A DNA stretch of 64,000 nt from Chloroflexota bacterium (GTDB taxonomy: Bacteria; Chloroflexota; UBA11872), in contig DAOUHO010000110.1 of assembly GCA_034428595.1 (NCBI GenBank), positions 112 to 64,111 of the forward strand, read 5' to 3'. The notes under the pieces were generated by a model. That model searched no databases and was not told where the DNA came from. It worked only from the letters and a program-made list of their open reading frames with translations. Below, piece after piece: positions 1 to 9,655 of this stretch. Made by a program: the position numbers and the translations under genes. How positions within the stretch are numbered: position 1 is the stretch's first letter; each line of letters starts with the position of its first letter.

Positions 1-50
1 ATTCCGTCTCGATGCCGACCGGTCGGTTCATCCCGCGACTCCGCTGGGCG

Positions 51-1007
51 CTATTTCCCGATGGGGGTTCCGACGTCCGCAGCCAGTGCGCGTTCGAGCA
101 CGACCTGGCCCAGCGCGATGTCCCACAGGGCGATGCCCTGCGACTCGAACAGCGTAATCTCGTCTGGGCTGGTTCGACCGGGCGCACGACCGGCCACGAC
201 TCGGCCGAACTCGACCGCTTCGCCCCACTGGAACGCCCCATCCTCGACGGCGCAGATCAGGTCGCCGCACTCAATCTTCGCGCCTTCCAGATCGTCCACG
301 AAGACATGGTCGGTGCGGGCAACCGCGGCGCTGTCCAGCTCCCGATGCTGCGGGTGGTTGGTACCCATGGCGATGACGTGGGCGCCGCGTTCGATCCAGT
401 CGGCCTCGATCACCGGATCGGCGGCGTCGGTCGCCGTAATGACGACCTGCGCCCCCCGAACCGCCGCCTCGGCCGTGCCTGCCGGTTCCAGGTCGACATT
501 CAGCTTGGGCGACATCTCGTCGATGAACTGCTCAACGTTCGCCGGACTGCGCGAGTAGACGCGCACGCGCGCCGACGGCTGCACGGCGCACACGGCCTCG
601 AGCTGGGTCCGCGCCTGCCGGCCCGTGCCGATGATCCCGATGACTTCAACCTCCGCCGGCGCCAGGTATTTCACTGAGACCCCGCTTGCGGCGCCGGTGC
701 GAAGACCGCTCAGGCGTCCGGCTTCGATGACGGCGCTGAGGGACCCGCTGGCCGCGTCAAACAGCACCACCAGAAAGCTGATGCGCCCGCCGGGAACGCT
801 CGGATAGAGCTTGGCGCCCATCGCGCCGAGCTCGGGATCGGCCGCGCCCATGAGCTGCAGCGCGCCATGCGCCGTGCGCGCCCGGCGGCGCCCCACGTTC
901 GCCGACGTCCCGCGGCCCTGCCGCTCGAACGACGCCTCGATGGTTTGCAGCGCCAGGTCCATGTCGGTCAGGCAATCGACGTCCGCTTCGGTCAGATACC
1001 GCGCCAT
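51..1007 (-). CDS. ornithine cyclodeaminase / mu-crystallin family protein
   Basis: 318-aa ORF; family-typical NAD(P)-binding loop (IGIIGTGRQA) and overall OCD/mu-crystallin architecture. Confidence 0.8.
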   Translation of the reverse strand: MARYLTEADVDCLTDMDLALQTIEASFERQGRGTSANVGRRRARTAHGALQLMGAADPELGAMGAKLYPSVPGGRISFLVVLFDAASGSLSAVIEAGRLSGLRTGAASGVSVKYLAPAEVEVIGIIGTGRQARTQLEAVCAVQPSARVRVYSRSPANVEQFIDEMSPKLNVDLEPAGTAEAAVRGAQVVITATDAADPVIEADWIERGAHVIAMGTNHPQHRELDSAAVARTDHVFVDDLEGAKIECGDLICAVEDGAFQWGEAVEFGRVVAGRAPGRTSPDEITLFESQGIALWDIALGQVVLERALAADVGTPIGK

Positions 1008-1074
1008 GTCGCTCCGTTCGCCTCACGTGGGGTTTGCCACCCGCGGAGCCGCAGCCGACGATGCCGCGAACGCC

Positions 1075-1974
1075 ATGGGCTTTCTCGTCGCGCACATTCT
1101 ATTCGTGGTGGGCTTTGCGCTCGCCCTGCGCCGGGCGCAGACCCGCGGCTACGACTTCTTCCTCATGACGGGGATCAACTACGCCACCGGTCTGGTCATC
1201 GGCGTCGCGTGGCTCGCCGTTGCCGGAACCGCGACCGTGGACGCTCCGACCGTGCTGCTGGGCATCGTGCAGGGCGCGCGCTTCTCGCTGGCCGTCGTGG
1301 CCATCTATCTGCTGCTGGTGCGCACGGGCGTTGGCATCACCTTCGTACTGCTGCGCATGTCCGTCATCGTGCCCACCGTGGCCTCGATCGTGTGGTTCGG
1401 CGAACGACCCGACTTCCCGACGCTGCTGGGCATTGCGCTGCTGCTGGCCGCGCTGCCGCTGCTCACGCGCAGCGGCCGCAGCGAGGACGCTCAACTGCGC
1501 ATCTGGTGGTATTGGCCGGTGGTCATCGGCACGCTCGCCGTCACGGGCGCCGGCCTCATCGCCGCCAAAGCCTTCGTCGAGGTCGCCCCGATGGAGAACC
1601 TGCCGCTCTACGCCACCGCCACCTTCTCCGCGGCCACCGCCATCGCGCTGGCGACCTACATCATGCGGCGGCGCATCCAACCCGCACCGAGCCCGGCGGT
1701 CGAGGAGCACGTCTCGCTCGGCCTTGGCCGCGGACTCTTCCGCGAACCGCTGGCGCTCGGGGTCGCGACGGGCGTCGTCAACATGGGTCAGCTGGTCCTC
1801 ATCCTGTTCGCGCTGCGCGACGTGCCGGGGACGATCGTGTTTCCGGCCCAGAGCGCGGGTTCCGCGCTGCTCACCATTGCCGCGGGATACCTGCTGTGGC
1901 ACGAGCGCCACAGCCGCGGGACGTTGGCGGGCGCGGGTCTGGCGGCGGCCGGGCTGGTGCTCGTCAGCGTCTGA
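1075..1974 (+). CDS. DMT (EamA-like) family membrane transporter
   Basis: ~300 aa, ~10 hydrophobic helices in two halves; ATG at 1075 chosen (ORF open from 811 but the upstream part is Arg-rich and abuts the divergent gene). Confidence 0.65.
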   Translation: MGFLVAHILFVVGFALALRRAQTRGYDFFLMTGINYATGLVIGVAWLAVAGTATVDAPTVLLGIVQGARFSLAVVAIYLLLVRTGVGITFVLLRMSVIVPTVASIVWFGERPDFPTLLGIALLLAALPLLTRSGRSEDAQLRIWWYWPVVIGTLAVTGAGLIAAKAFVEVAPMENLPLYATATFSAATAIALATYIMRRRIQPAPSPAVEEHVSLGLGRGLFREPLALGVATGVVNMGQLVLILFALRDVPGTIVFPAQSAGSALLTIAAGYLLWHERHSRGTLAGAGLAAAGLVLVSV

Positions 1975-2046
1975 ATCCGTCCGGGTCTGGCCGCCGCACG
2001 CTTTGGGCGGCTAGCCTAGGCCCGACGGCATTCCTGGAAGCAGCGC

Positions 2047-3189
2047 ATGAAGATCACCAAGCTGCAATGCGACTTCATCTGGACTGGCAGCCGCAACTGG
2101 CTCATCGTGCGCGTGCACACCGACGCGGGCATCACCGGCATCGGCGAGTCCTTTCCGATCGGACCCGATCGCGCGATAGCCGAGACGGTGGACTACTTTC
2201 AGTCTTGGATCGAAGGCTGGGACCCGTTCGACATCGAGCGCGTTTGGCACGAGCTGTACGCCGGTAGCCGCTTTCCCACCGGCTCGATCATCACGTCGGC
2301 CATCAGCGGCATCGACCAGGCGCTCTGGGACATCAAGGGCCGCGCGCTCGACGTGCCGGTCTTTGAGCTACTGGGCGGCAAGGTGCGCGACCGTATCCGC
2401 GTCTATCAGTCGCCGGAAGGTGAGACGCCCACCGACCTCGCCGACGACGCGCGCCGCCTCGTCGAGCGCTACGGCTTCACCGCGCTCAAGATCGGCCCCT
2501 TCGCCGCGGCCGCCGATGCCTGGCCGTGGAGCCGGCAAGTGGACAGCGCCGAAGAGCGCCTGGCGGCCGTTCGCGAGGCCGTTGGCCCCGACATCGACAT
2601 CGGCGTCGACCCCCACGCCAAGATCTTCGAGCCCGTGCGGGCGCTGGAAATGGCCGAGCGACTCAAGCCGCATCGCCCCATGTTCTTCGAAGAGCCGGTG
2701 CGGCCCGAGAACTTCGAGGCCCTGGCCAAGCTCACGGCCAAAAGCCCCATCCCCATCGCCACCGGCGAGGCGGTGTTCACCAAGTTCCAGTTTCGCGACC
2801 TGCTGGCGACGGGCGCCGCCGACATCATCCAGCCCGATGTGGCCGCCACCGGCGGGCTGACGGAGATGAAGAAGATCGCCGCCATGGCCGAGGCGCACTA
2901 TGTCAGCGTGGCGCCGCATAACCCGCTGGGACCCCTGGCGACCACGTCCAACGTGCACTTCGCCGCCACCGCGCCCAACTTTCTCGTACTCGAGTACCAC
3001 GCTGACGACGTGGGCCTGCGGGCCGAGATTCTCCACGAGCCGCTGAAGCTCGAGGACGGCTACGTCGTGCTGCCCGACGCGCCCGGCCTGGGCGTCGAGC
3101 TCAACGAGGAAGTCTTCGAGAAATACCCCTACCGCCCCTGGCGCCGCGGCCGCCCCACCAAGCCCGACGGCATGCTGGCGTTCATTTAG
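2047..3189 (+). CDS. enolase-superfamily dehydratase (mandelate racemase/muconate lactonizing family; galactonate/mannonate-dehydratase-like)
   Basis: 380 aa; N-terminal capping domain plus TIM barrel with enolase-superfamily residues; paralogous to ORF 45177..46376. Confidence 0.85.
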   Translation: MKITKLQCDFIWTGSRNWLIVRVHTDAGITGIGESFPIGPDRAIAETVDYFQSWIEGWDPFDIERVWHELYAGSRFPTGSIITSAISGIDQALWDIKGRALDVPVFELLGGKVRDRIRVYQSPEGETPTDLADDARRLVERYGFTALKIGPFAAAADAWPWSRQVDSAEERLAAVREAVGPDIDIGVDPHAKIFEPVRALEMAERLKPHRPMFFEEPVRPENFEALAKLTAKSPIPIATGEAVFTKFQFRDLLATGAADIIQPDVAATGGLTEMKKIAAMAEAHYVSVAPHNPLGPLATTSNVHFAATAPNFLVLEYHADDVGLRAEILHEPLKLEDGYVVLPDAPGLGVELNEEVFEKYPYRPWRRGRPTKPDGMLAFI

Positions 3190-3255
3190 GACGGGGGCCG
3201 ACGTGTTAATGCTCAGGTTCGAAGATTCGCCTGCGATTTAGGCAAGAACACTGCC

Positions 3256-4122
3256 TCATGCACCAACTCTAACGCTGTAATCAAGCGTCGAAAACTCTTC
3301 GGACTCGAAAGCCGGTGAATTGGGCGACCACGTCAGGCGTCGCGTTGTCTGTGCCAATGTCGGCGCGCTTACGACATATCGCTCATCGTAGCGTCGATAC
3401 ATTGTTGCGAAGAAACTCTCGAAATTGGTTGGTCTGTCACTAGCTGGAAAGTTGGTCATCAGCTCTCCGATACGGCCGGGATGCATGTCAATCAATGCCA
3501 TCGACACTGCCTCATAGCGGCTAACGTCATCGCGAATCCCCAGCCTGCCTGTCATCTCGCACAATGCGGCGTGGAAGCGAATGATTGCCTCGACTGGTTC
3601 GCCGCAGGAGCTGATCGCAACGTCGTTAGGCTTTACTCCCTCGGACTCTTGGTTTGCACGAACGACGAACAAATATCCAAATACGAGTGTTGGATAGATG
3701 ATGTGAATGTTGGTGCATTCGCCAATGGTCTCTTCTAGTCTGTTGGTAAGATTGCGAACGGCACCAGTCATACCCTTGCAGGAAACGGCCAGAACGGGCC
3801 CGATACCCTTTTTTGTGGCAACGATGTCGACGCTCTTGGTCTTCAAACCGCCGAGAACTGTCGCTTCATTGTCGGTAGCTCTTTCCGGGTCGTAGACTAG
3901 TCGACGTTCATTGCGACTGCGTATGACCGTGAACGGCGGTCGCGGTATAAGATCATCGGGATGGAATCCACCCTCGATGACTAATCGGGCAGTCACATAT
4001 TTGTGAAGTGGCCTTATGTGCTGCTGAGTCTGCGTCCGTCCATCGAACTCTGCAAAATGCCTGAATGCATGTAGCCTGTTCGACCAACCTTTTTCTAGAT
4101 GTAGCCTATCGAGGCTAGGCAT
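3256..4122 (-). CDS. putative Type II restriction endonuclease (context-based call)
   Basis: 288 aa; start codon overlaps the stop of the upstream MTase (ATGCCTAG at 4115-4122); same low-GC block; possible D...(D/E)xK arrangement around SVDIVATKK but no named family recognised. Confidence 0.4.
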   Translation of the reverse strand: MPSLDRLHLEKGWSNRLHAFRHFAEFDGRTQTQQHIRPLHKYVTARLVIEGGFHPDDLIPRPPFTVIRSRNERRLVYDPERATDNEATVLGGLKTKSVDIVATKKGIGPVLAVSCKGMTGAVRNLTNRLEETIGECTNIHIIYPTLVFGYLFVVRANQESEGVKPNDVAISSCGEPVEAIIRFHAALCEMTGRLGIRDDVSRYEAVSMALIDMHPGRIGELMTNFPASDRPTNFESFFATMYRRYDERYVVSAPTLAQTTRRLTWSPNSPAFESEEFSTLDYSVRVGA

Positions 4123-5602
4123 AGTGCCTCCAAGTGCGCAACGTGGAGACGGCGTTTTGGATTTCTGAGTTCGGTAGGCGGTGGACTACGCGAGCCGACG
4201 GGATCACGACCCGTGCGGCCTCAGTTGGCTCGAGTTTCAGCAAACCGCCGCCGAGCGCATGGCCTTCAAGCTCGCAACTGAGCTGAACGTACCGCGAACA
4301 CCAGGCGTCATGGATTTCGCCGACGCGGTGCCGATCATGGACACGCACCGCATGCAAGGCGTTGGTGCAGGTCACGCCGGCCGAGTTCCGCACCAGGTTC
4401 GGCGAGAGGCCTGCCATGTACGTCAGGAAGAAATCAGGCACGCGCACGTCAGGTACGGAATACCAGGGCTTGCGCGTGCGGCACTTGTACGCCTCACGAG
4501 CTTGCCATCCCGCCTCGGAGTCGAGATAGTTCAAGACACTCATCGGTGGGTCCACGTCCTTGGGAATACGAAGTAGCAGCATTGGCTCGTCTGAACTCCG
4601 CCAAGCATCGACGGTTTGTGTCGTAAGTTCTCGGCTTGGCAGTACGCGGCTGTTCCGCACCGTTGGGTATAGGAAGGGATTAGGAATACGCCATGTGTTG
4701 ACCTCTGATGGTCGGAGGTGAAAGAACTCGTTCGACCCGCTCACGTAGCCGATTCCAATTGACGCCACAGAGCCGAGCCGCACCGAGTCCATGTGCTTGG
4801 CCACGGCTTGATAAAGCGATCGGGCACTGTCGCTTAGCAGATAGGGTCGCAACCGCCGGTTCCACACGCGCCGCCATTCGTGGACCGGCAGGTGAACGGC
4901 ATGGCGCGGAGGTACGTCGGGAAACTGCAGTTGTTCGAGCGGCGTGAAGCGGATCTCATCCGTTGAGCCGCCGAACCCTTCGGCGAACAACAACCAGCAA
5001 TCTTCGGAGAGCTGCGGAAAAAGCTTGTGGCGAATCGCAACGATATGAATGTCATCAAAGTGCTCGACGAAGTAATCGAGGAGCGGCGCGGCATACGGAG
5101 CGTGGCCAATGGCTGCAGGCACGACGAACGCGAGCCGGCCGCCCGGACGCAAGAGCCCCGCGGTTGCAACGAGAAAAGGCGCCCAGGACGCCGTGAGCCC
5201 TGAAAACTCGACTCCGAGGCTGGCGCACAGCGAGAGGGCACGTTTCCGTACCTCTCCCTTGAACGTCTGGTAGCGAATGAACGGCGGATTGCCGGCTGCG
5301 CTGTCGAAACGTCTGTCCGTGTGCTTGGCCCAGGCGAAGAAGTCACCCTGGTGAATCGTAGTCCACGGTGCTCGTTGCTTAGCCGTAGCTGCGGCTGTGG
5401 CGTCTTGTTCAACGCCGACGCTGTTGCGATGGGCGGCGACGAAGCGCCCATCGCCGCATGATGGATCAAGAAGCCAATCAGTGCTCTTGCGAACGGCCCA
5501 GCGAACCAGCTCGATGGCTACGCCTTCAGGCGTGTAGTACGCACCGCTCGCTTTCTGTGAGCGATCGATCGTAGGGGAACGATAGAGCGTGCGATCAAGC
5601 AA
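4115..5602 (-). CDS. N6-adenine DNA methyltransferase, gamma-class (Eco57I/TaqI-like N-6 DNA methylase family) with C-terminal TRD-like region
   Basis: 495 aa; motif X GAYYTPEGVA, motif I LLDPSCGDGRF, motif IV GNPPFIRY in gamma-class order, then a ~240-aa C-terminal region; region GC visibly lower than flanks. Confidence 0.85.
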   Translation of the reverse strand: MLDRTLYRSPTIDRSQKASGAYYTPEGVAIELVRWAVRKSTDWLLDPSCGDGRFVAAHRNSVGVEQDATAAATAKQRAPWTTIHQGDFFAWAKHTDRRFDSAAGNPPFIRYQTFKGEVRKRALSLCASLGVEFSGLTASWAPFLVATAGLLRPGGRLAFVVPAAIGHAPYAAPLLDYFVEHFDDIHIVAIRHKLFPQLSEDCWLLFAEGFGGSTDEIRFTPLEQLQFPDVPPRHAVHLPVHEWRRVWNRRLRPYLLSDSARSLYQAVAKHMDSVRLGSVASIGIGYVSGSNEFFHLRPSEVNTWRIPNPFLYPTVRNSRVLPSRELTTQTVDAWRSSDEPMLLLRIPKDVDPPMSVLNYLDSEAGWQAREAYKCRTRKPWYSVPDVRVPDFFLTYMAGLSPNLVRNSAGVTCTNALHAVRVHDRHRVGEIHDAWCSRYVQLSCELEGHALGGGLLKLEPTEAARVVIPSARVVHRLPNSEIQNAVSTLRTWRHYA

Positions 5603-5719
5603 GGAACGTCAACACACGACGGCGAGTAGGACACCGGATTGTATGCGAGGCGAGGCGAATGGGCTGGCGGACGCCGGTCAACCGAGCGACGAGTAGAATA
5701 GTTAGCTTGAGGATGGCGG

Positions 5720-6901
5720 CTACCAGGAAACAGAGACCTCCCCCAACAGCCCGCCAATCCGCCCCAGCGTCTCGGGCCGCAGCAGGCCGAAGTTGTAGAC
5801 CGCCACGCGGTCGACGGGCAGTTTCGCGATCCGTTCCAGGCGCGCGGCGAATTCGGGGCCGCCCGGGCCCATCTCGTCGGAGCCCCACAGGCTGACCAAC
5901 AGGTCGATCTCGCGCTTGGCCGACCGGGCCAGCGCCACTTGCGCCTTGGCCTCGTCGGCCTCATCCGTCGGGTCCGGGAGCAGCAGGCCGTCGATCCGCT
6001 CGGACAACTCAGCTAGGCGCAACCCGGTGGGGCCCCAGCCGGCGGAGACGTGGGTCAGACTCAGCCGCGTCCCGGTTCCTCGCAGTGCCCGCTGCACGCC
6101 TTCCACCAGGCGCGTCGCCGATTGCTCGCGGGCTTCCAGGTAGCCGCGGAACTCCTCGTCCGCCTCGCCGCGCGCGGCGACCACGGTCTCCAGGTCGCCG
6201 GACGCTTGTTTGCTCGCAAGACGTTCGCGCAACTCACGCGCCACGTTCTCGCGCACCTCCACGGCGTCCACGCCGTGCGTCCGCGCCGCGGTGAGGCAGT
6301 TCTCGCAAAAGCACAAACCGGCCAGGAATCGGGTCCACGGATCGAGGTCGATCAGGATGCGCTCGCGCACCCATCCATAGGCGAAGTCCGGGTGCCCCGG
6401 CCGCTCCAGCAGCGCGCTGTGCACCGGATACTGCTCGCACAGATCGGCCACCAGCACGGCCAGGTATTCCTGTACGTCCGGGCTCGCCGGGCAGGTTGTG
6501 GCATAGCTGCGCGCGCCGAAGACGTTCTCGATCGCTGTATCCGGATAGGCGCGGGCGATCCACGGCTGGAACATGGCGATCACCCAGGCGTTGAGCTGGA
6601 TGCCGCGCGACGGGGCGTGCTCGGCGGCCTGCGCGTAAGCGCTTAGTACCTCCGGCTCATCAAAGAGGCGGGGCTTGATGCGTCCGTATCGCTCCGCGCG
6701 GGCCGGAAAGTACACCGCGCCCTGCTCGGAGTAGTGAATCGACCGCTCCAGGTTGCGTGGTGCGAAGGTGGAGATGGCGTGGTAGTTGGGGCAGAGCTCG
6801 ATCGCGTTGAATCCCGCGCCACGCAGCCAGTCCAGCGCCGACGCCACGCCCTCGTCGGCCAGGTCCCACGGATAGGCCCAGACGGAGATTCGCGCGCGCA
6901 T
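5720..6901 (-). CDS. hypothetical protein (possible TIM-barrel hydrolase-like fold)
   Basis: 393-aa ORF with host-like GC and codon usage; no motif assigned. Confidence 0.5.
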   Translation of the reverse strand: MRARISVWAYPWDLADEGVASALDWLRGAGFNAIELCPNYHAISTFAPRNLERSIHYSEQGAVYFPARAERYGRIKPRLFDEPEVLSAYAQAAEHAPSRGIQLNAWVIAMFQPWIARAYPDTAIENVFGARSYATTCPASPDVQEYLAVLVADLCEQYPVHSALLERPGHPDFAYGWVRERILIDLDPWTRFLAGLCFCENCLTAARTHGVDAVEVRENVARELRERLASKQASGDLETVVAARGEADEEFRGYLEAREQSATRLVEGVQRALRGTGTRLSLTHVSAGWGPTGLRLAELSERIDGLLLPDPTDEADEAKAQVALARSAKREIDLLVSLWGSDEMGPGGPEFAARLERIAKLPVDRVAVYNFGLLRPETLGRIGGLLGEVSVSW

Positions 6902-6998
6902 GGCAGGCTCCTCAGCGGTCGTGGACCTATCGTAGATTGCCAGGCAGTGGCCGCTGCTACCCGTTCTTCATTGCTGGCATGTATCAATTTCGATACAC

Positions 6999-7358
6999 TT
7001 GGCTCAACCTGTGGACTTGAAGCGCGTCCCGGCGGTCTTCTTTCGTTCGCGGACCGGGGCGGAGCCGATTCGGGACTGGCTGAGATCCCGGGACAAGCAG
7101 GATCGATTCAGGATTGGAACGGACCTCAAGACGGTTGAGTTCGGCTGGCCGATTGGAATGCCGACGTGCCGACCACTTGGCCAGGGCCTCTTCGAGGTGC
7201 GCACCACGCTCGACAACAGGATTGCCCGAGTCTTGTTCTGCATCGGTAACGGACGAATGATCCTGTTGCACGGTTTCATCAAGAAGACGCAGAAGACGCC
7301 GAAGGCAGACCTCGACCTGGCGCGAACACGCAAGCGCGCCTGGGAGGACGCATCGTGA
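6999..7358 (+). CDS. type II toxin, HigB/RelE-like (phage Gp49-like, DUF891 family)
   Basis: 119 aa; family-typical C-terminus ...GRMILLHGFIKKTQKTPKADLDLAR; 4-nt overlap (ATGA) with downstream HTH gene. Confidence 0.75.
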   Translation: MAQPVDLKRVPAVFFRSRTGAEPIRDWLRSRDKQDRFRIGTDLKTVEFGWPIGMPTCRPLGQGLFEVRTTLDNRIARVLFCIGNGRMILLHGFIKKTQKTPKADLDLARTRKRAWEDAS

Positions 7359-7657
7359 CAAATACGGCCAACCCACACCTCGGGTCCACCCTGGATGACC
7401 TGCTCGATTCCGACGGTACTCGCGCTGAAGCCGAGGCCGTTGCGGTCAAGCGCGTCATTGCTTGGCAGATCGACCAGGCGATGGCTGCGGAACGCCTCGG
7501 CAAGGCCGAGATGGCGCGGCGCATGAATACGAGTCGGGCTGCCCTGGACCGCCTGCTCGATCCCGACAATGTCTCGGTGACCCTGCGGACGCTGCACAAG
7601 GCCGCCGCCGCCCTCGACAAGCGACTCGAGATCGAGCTGGTCGACTCCGCAGTCTGA
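7355..7657 (+). CDS. HTH XRE-family antitoxin (HigA-like)
   Basis: 100 aa; helix-turn-helix segment AAERLGKAEMARRMNTSRAALDRLLDP; translationally coupled to the upstream toxin. Confidence 0.75.
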   Translation: MTNTANPHLGSTLDDLLDSDGTRAEAEAVAVKRVIAWQIDQAMAAERLGKAEMARRMNTSRAALDRLLDPDNVSVTLRTLHKAAAALDKRLEIELVDSAV

Positions 7658-7803
7658 CCAGCTCCGAGCGTTTGTCCTGTGTCTGGACAATATCTATTCC
7701 GCGTTGGCTTAACCGGGCGTGGCCTGACTCTTCAGCCGACAGCCGTGCCACCCGTCCATAATGGACCGTCGCGCGTGGCCACTCAGCTCAAGGAAGCAAG
7801 CCG

Positions 7804-8742
7804 ATGAACAACGGTCGAACGATCTATCTGAACGGCCGCTTTGTGCCCGAAGTCGACGCGCGCGTGTCAGTTTTCGACTCGGCGCTGGTGTGGGGCGACA
7901 TGGTGTTCGAGACCACGCGCTCGTTCGCCCATCGCCCGTTCAAGCTGCGCGAGCACCTGGAGCGGCTGGACGCGTCCATGGCCGCCAGCGACATCGACTG
8001 CGGCATGTCGTTGGACGAGCTTGAGGAAGCCACCGACGAGCTCGTGCGTCGCAACGCGCCGCTCTATCCGCCCGACGTCGACTTCACCATCGTGCACAAC
8101 GTGTCGCCGGGCGTCTTCGCGCTGTACGCGGACGCGGCGCCCGAAGCCGGGCGCCCGACGGTGGCGATCCATACCTGGCCGCTGATTCCATACATCGGTC
8201 CGATGGCGGACTGGTTCGACACCGGCGTGAACGCCCACGTGCCGCGGCAGCATGCGATTCCGGGGCGCCTGCTCGATCCCAAGGTCAAGAGCCGCTCGCG
8301 GATGCACTACCGGCTGGCGCTCAACGAGGCCCAGCGGCACGGCGCCGACAACTGGGCGGTGCTGGTCGACGAGGACGGCTACCTGACCGAGGGCACCGGC
8401 TCCAACTTCTTCATCGTTCGCGACGGCGAGCTGCTCACGCCTGAGCCACGGCACATCCTGCGCGGCGTGACGCGGCAGAGCATCCTGAACCTGGCCGCCG
8501 AAATCGGCGTGCCGGTCCACGAGGCCAACCTCGAGCCCTACGACGTCATCGTGGCGCAGGAGGCGTTCTTCGCCTCGACGCCGTTCGTCATCATGCCGGC
8601 CACGCGCTTCAACGACCGCCCTGTCGGCGACGGCGCCGTGGGGCCGATCACGCTGCGCCTGCTCGACGCCTTCAGCGAGACCGTGGGCGTGGACATCGTG
8701 GCGCAGGCCAAGGCCTACGGCCGGCGGCTCCGCGCCGGGTAG
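7804..8742 (+). CDS. class IV aminotransferase (branched-chain amino acid aminotransferase / aminodeoxychorismate lyase family)
   Basis: 312 aa; fold-type IV PLP enzyme architecture; conserved E...LTEGTGSNFF region. Confidence 0.8.
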   Translation: MNNGRTIYLNGRFVPEVDARVSVFDSALVWGDMVFETTRSFAHRPFKLREHLERLDASMAASDIDCGMSLDELEEATDELVRRNAPLYPPDVDFTIVHNVSPGVFALYADAAPEAGRPTVAIHTWPLIPYIGPMADWFDTGVNAHVPRQHAIPGRLLDPKVKSRSRMHYRLALNEAQRHGADNWAVLVDEDGYLTEGTGSNFFIVRDGELLTPEPRHILRGVTRQSILNLAAEIGVPVHEANLEPYDVIVAQEAFFASTPFVIMPATRFNDRPVGDGAVGPITLRLLDAFSETVGVDIVAQAKAYGRRLRAG

Positions 8743-9438
8743 CTAACCGTCGTCGGCGCCACTCCGCAGATTGTGCGTGAGCACGCCCACGACGCCCGCG
8801 GCGAGTCCGCCGGCAATCGGTCCGAGCCAGTAGATCCAGTGCGACTCGAAGTTCCAGTTCACGATGGCGGGACCCAGGCTGCGCGCCGGGTTCATCGAGG
8901 CGCCGGTGATCGGGCCGCCGACCAATATCAAGGCGCCCAGCGTCGCGCCGAGGGCGGCGCCCGCCGCAGTGGCCGGCACCTTGCCGCTCACGGCCACCCC
9001 GATGACCACGGACACCAGCAGGAACGTCAGCACGGCCTCGAGCAGGAATGCCTGCCCGGCGCTCACGTCGGCCGCCGGCAGCGTCATAGCCGTGCCCGGT
9101 CCCATTGGCCAGGTCCAGGCGTGCAGCAGCGCACCGAACAGCCCGCCCGCGATCTGCGCAATGACGTACGGAGGGACTTGCCGCAGCGGGAACTTGCCGA
9201 TGGCCGCCAGGCTCAGCGTCACGGCCGGATTGATGTGGCAGCCGGATACGTGGCCGATGGCATACACCAGACCCGCCAGGATGCAGGCGTGGCCGAAGGC
9301 CGGAATGAGCAGGTCGCCGGCGGCAATGCCGCCGAACCCGACCTGCGCCATGGATGTCGTCATCATGGCGACGAACACGAGCAGCGTCGTGCCGACGAAC
9401 TCGGCCAGCAAGACCCGCGGCTGCAGCGACATGATCAA
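8743..9438 (-). CDS. aquaporin (MIP family, AqpZ-like)
   Basis: 231 aa, 6 TM; both NPA boxes present (SGCHINPAVT and GASMNPARS). Confidence 0.9.
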   Translation of the reverse strand: MIMSLQPRVLLAEFVGTTLLVFVAMMTTSMAQVGFGGIAAGDLLIPAFGHACILAGLVYAIGHVSGCHINPAVTLSLAAIGKFPLRQVPPYVIAQIAGGLFGALLHAWTWPMGPGTAMTLPAADVSAGQAFLLEAVLTFLLVSVVIGVAVSGKVPATAAGAALGATLGALILVGGPITGASMNPARSLGPAIVNWNFESHWIYWLGPIAGGLAAGVVGVLTHNLRSGADDG

Positions 9439-9655
9439 GGGGCAAGTCCCGGTCCTGGTTTCCCGCTCCGCGCCTGCGCGGGGACAGGCTTCGCGGGAGT
9501 GACGACATCTGAGCGGCGAGTCGATGATTCCAGGCCGGCCGCCGCGGTGCCAACAGGATTCGCTTATTGAGATATCATCGCATTAGTAAGCTGCCAATCG
9601 TTGACAATGGGCGCGACCGGCCGGCGTCCATTGCGACCGGCGATCCTGGAGGTCT

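Noticed and set aside
12-677. 221-aa plus-strand ORF at window start
   Set aside because: Antisense to the ornithine cyclodeaminase-family gene, whose translation has clear family features.
867-2267. 466-aa plus-strand ORF spanning the DMT and enolase genes
   Set aside because: Out-of-frame overlap with two confident genes; low-complexity Arg-rich translation.
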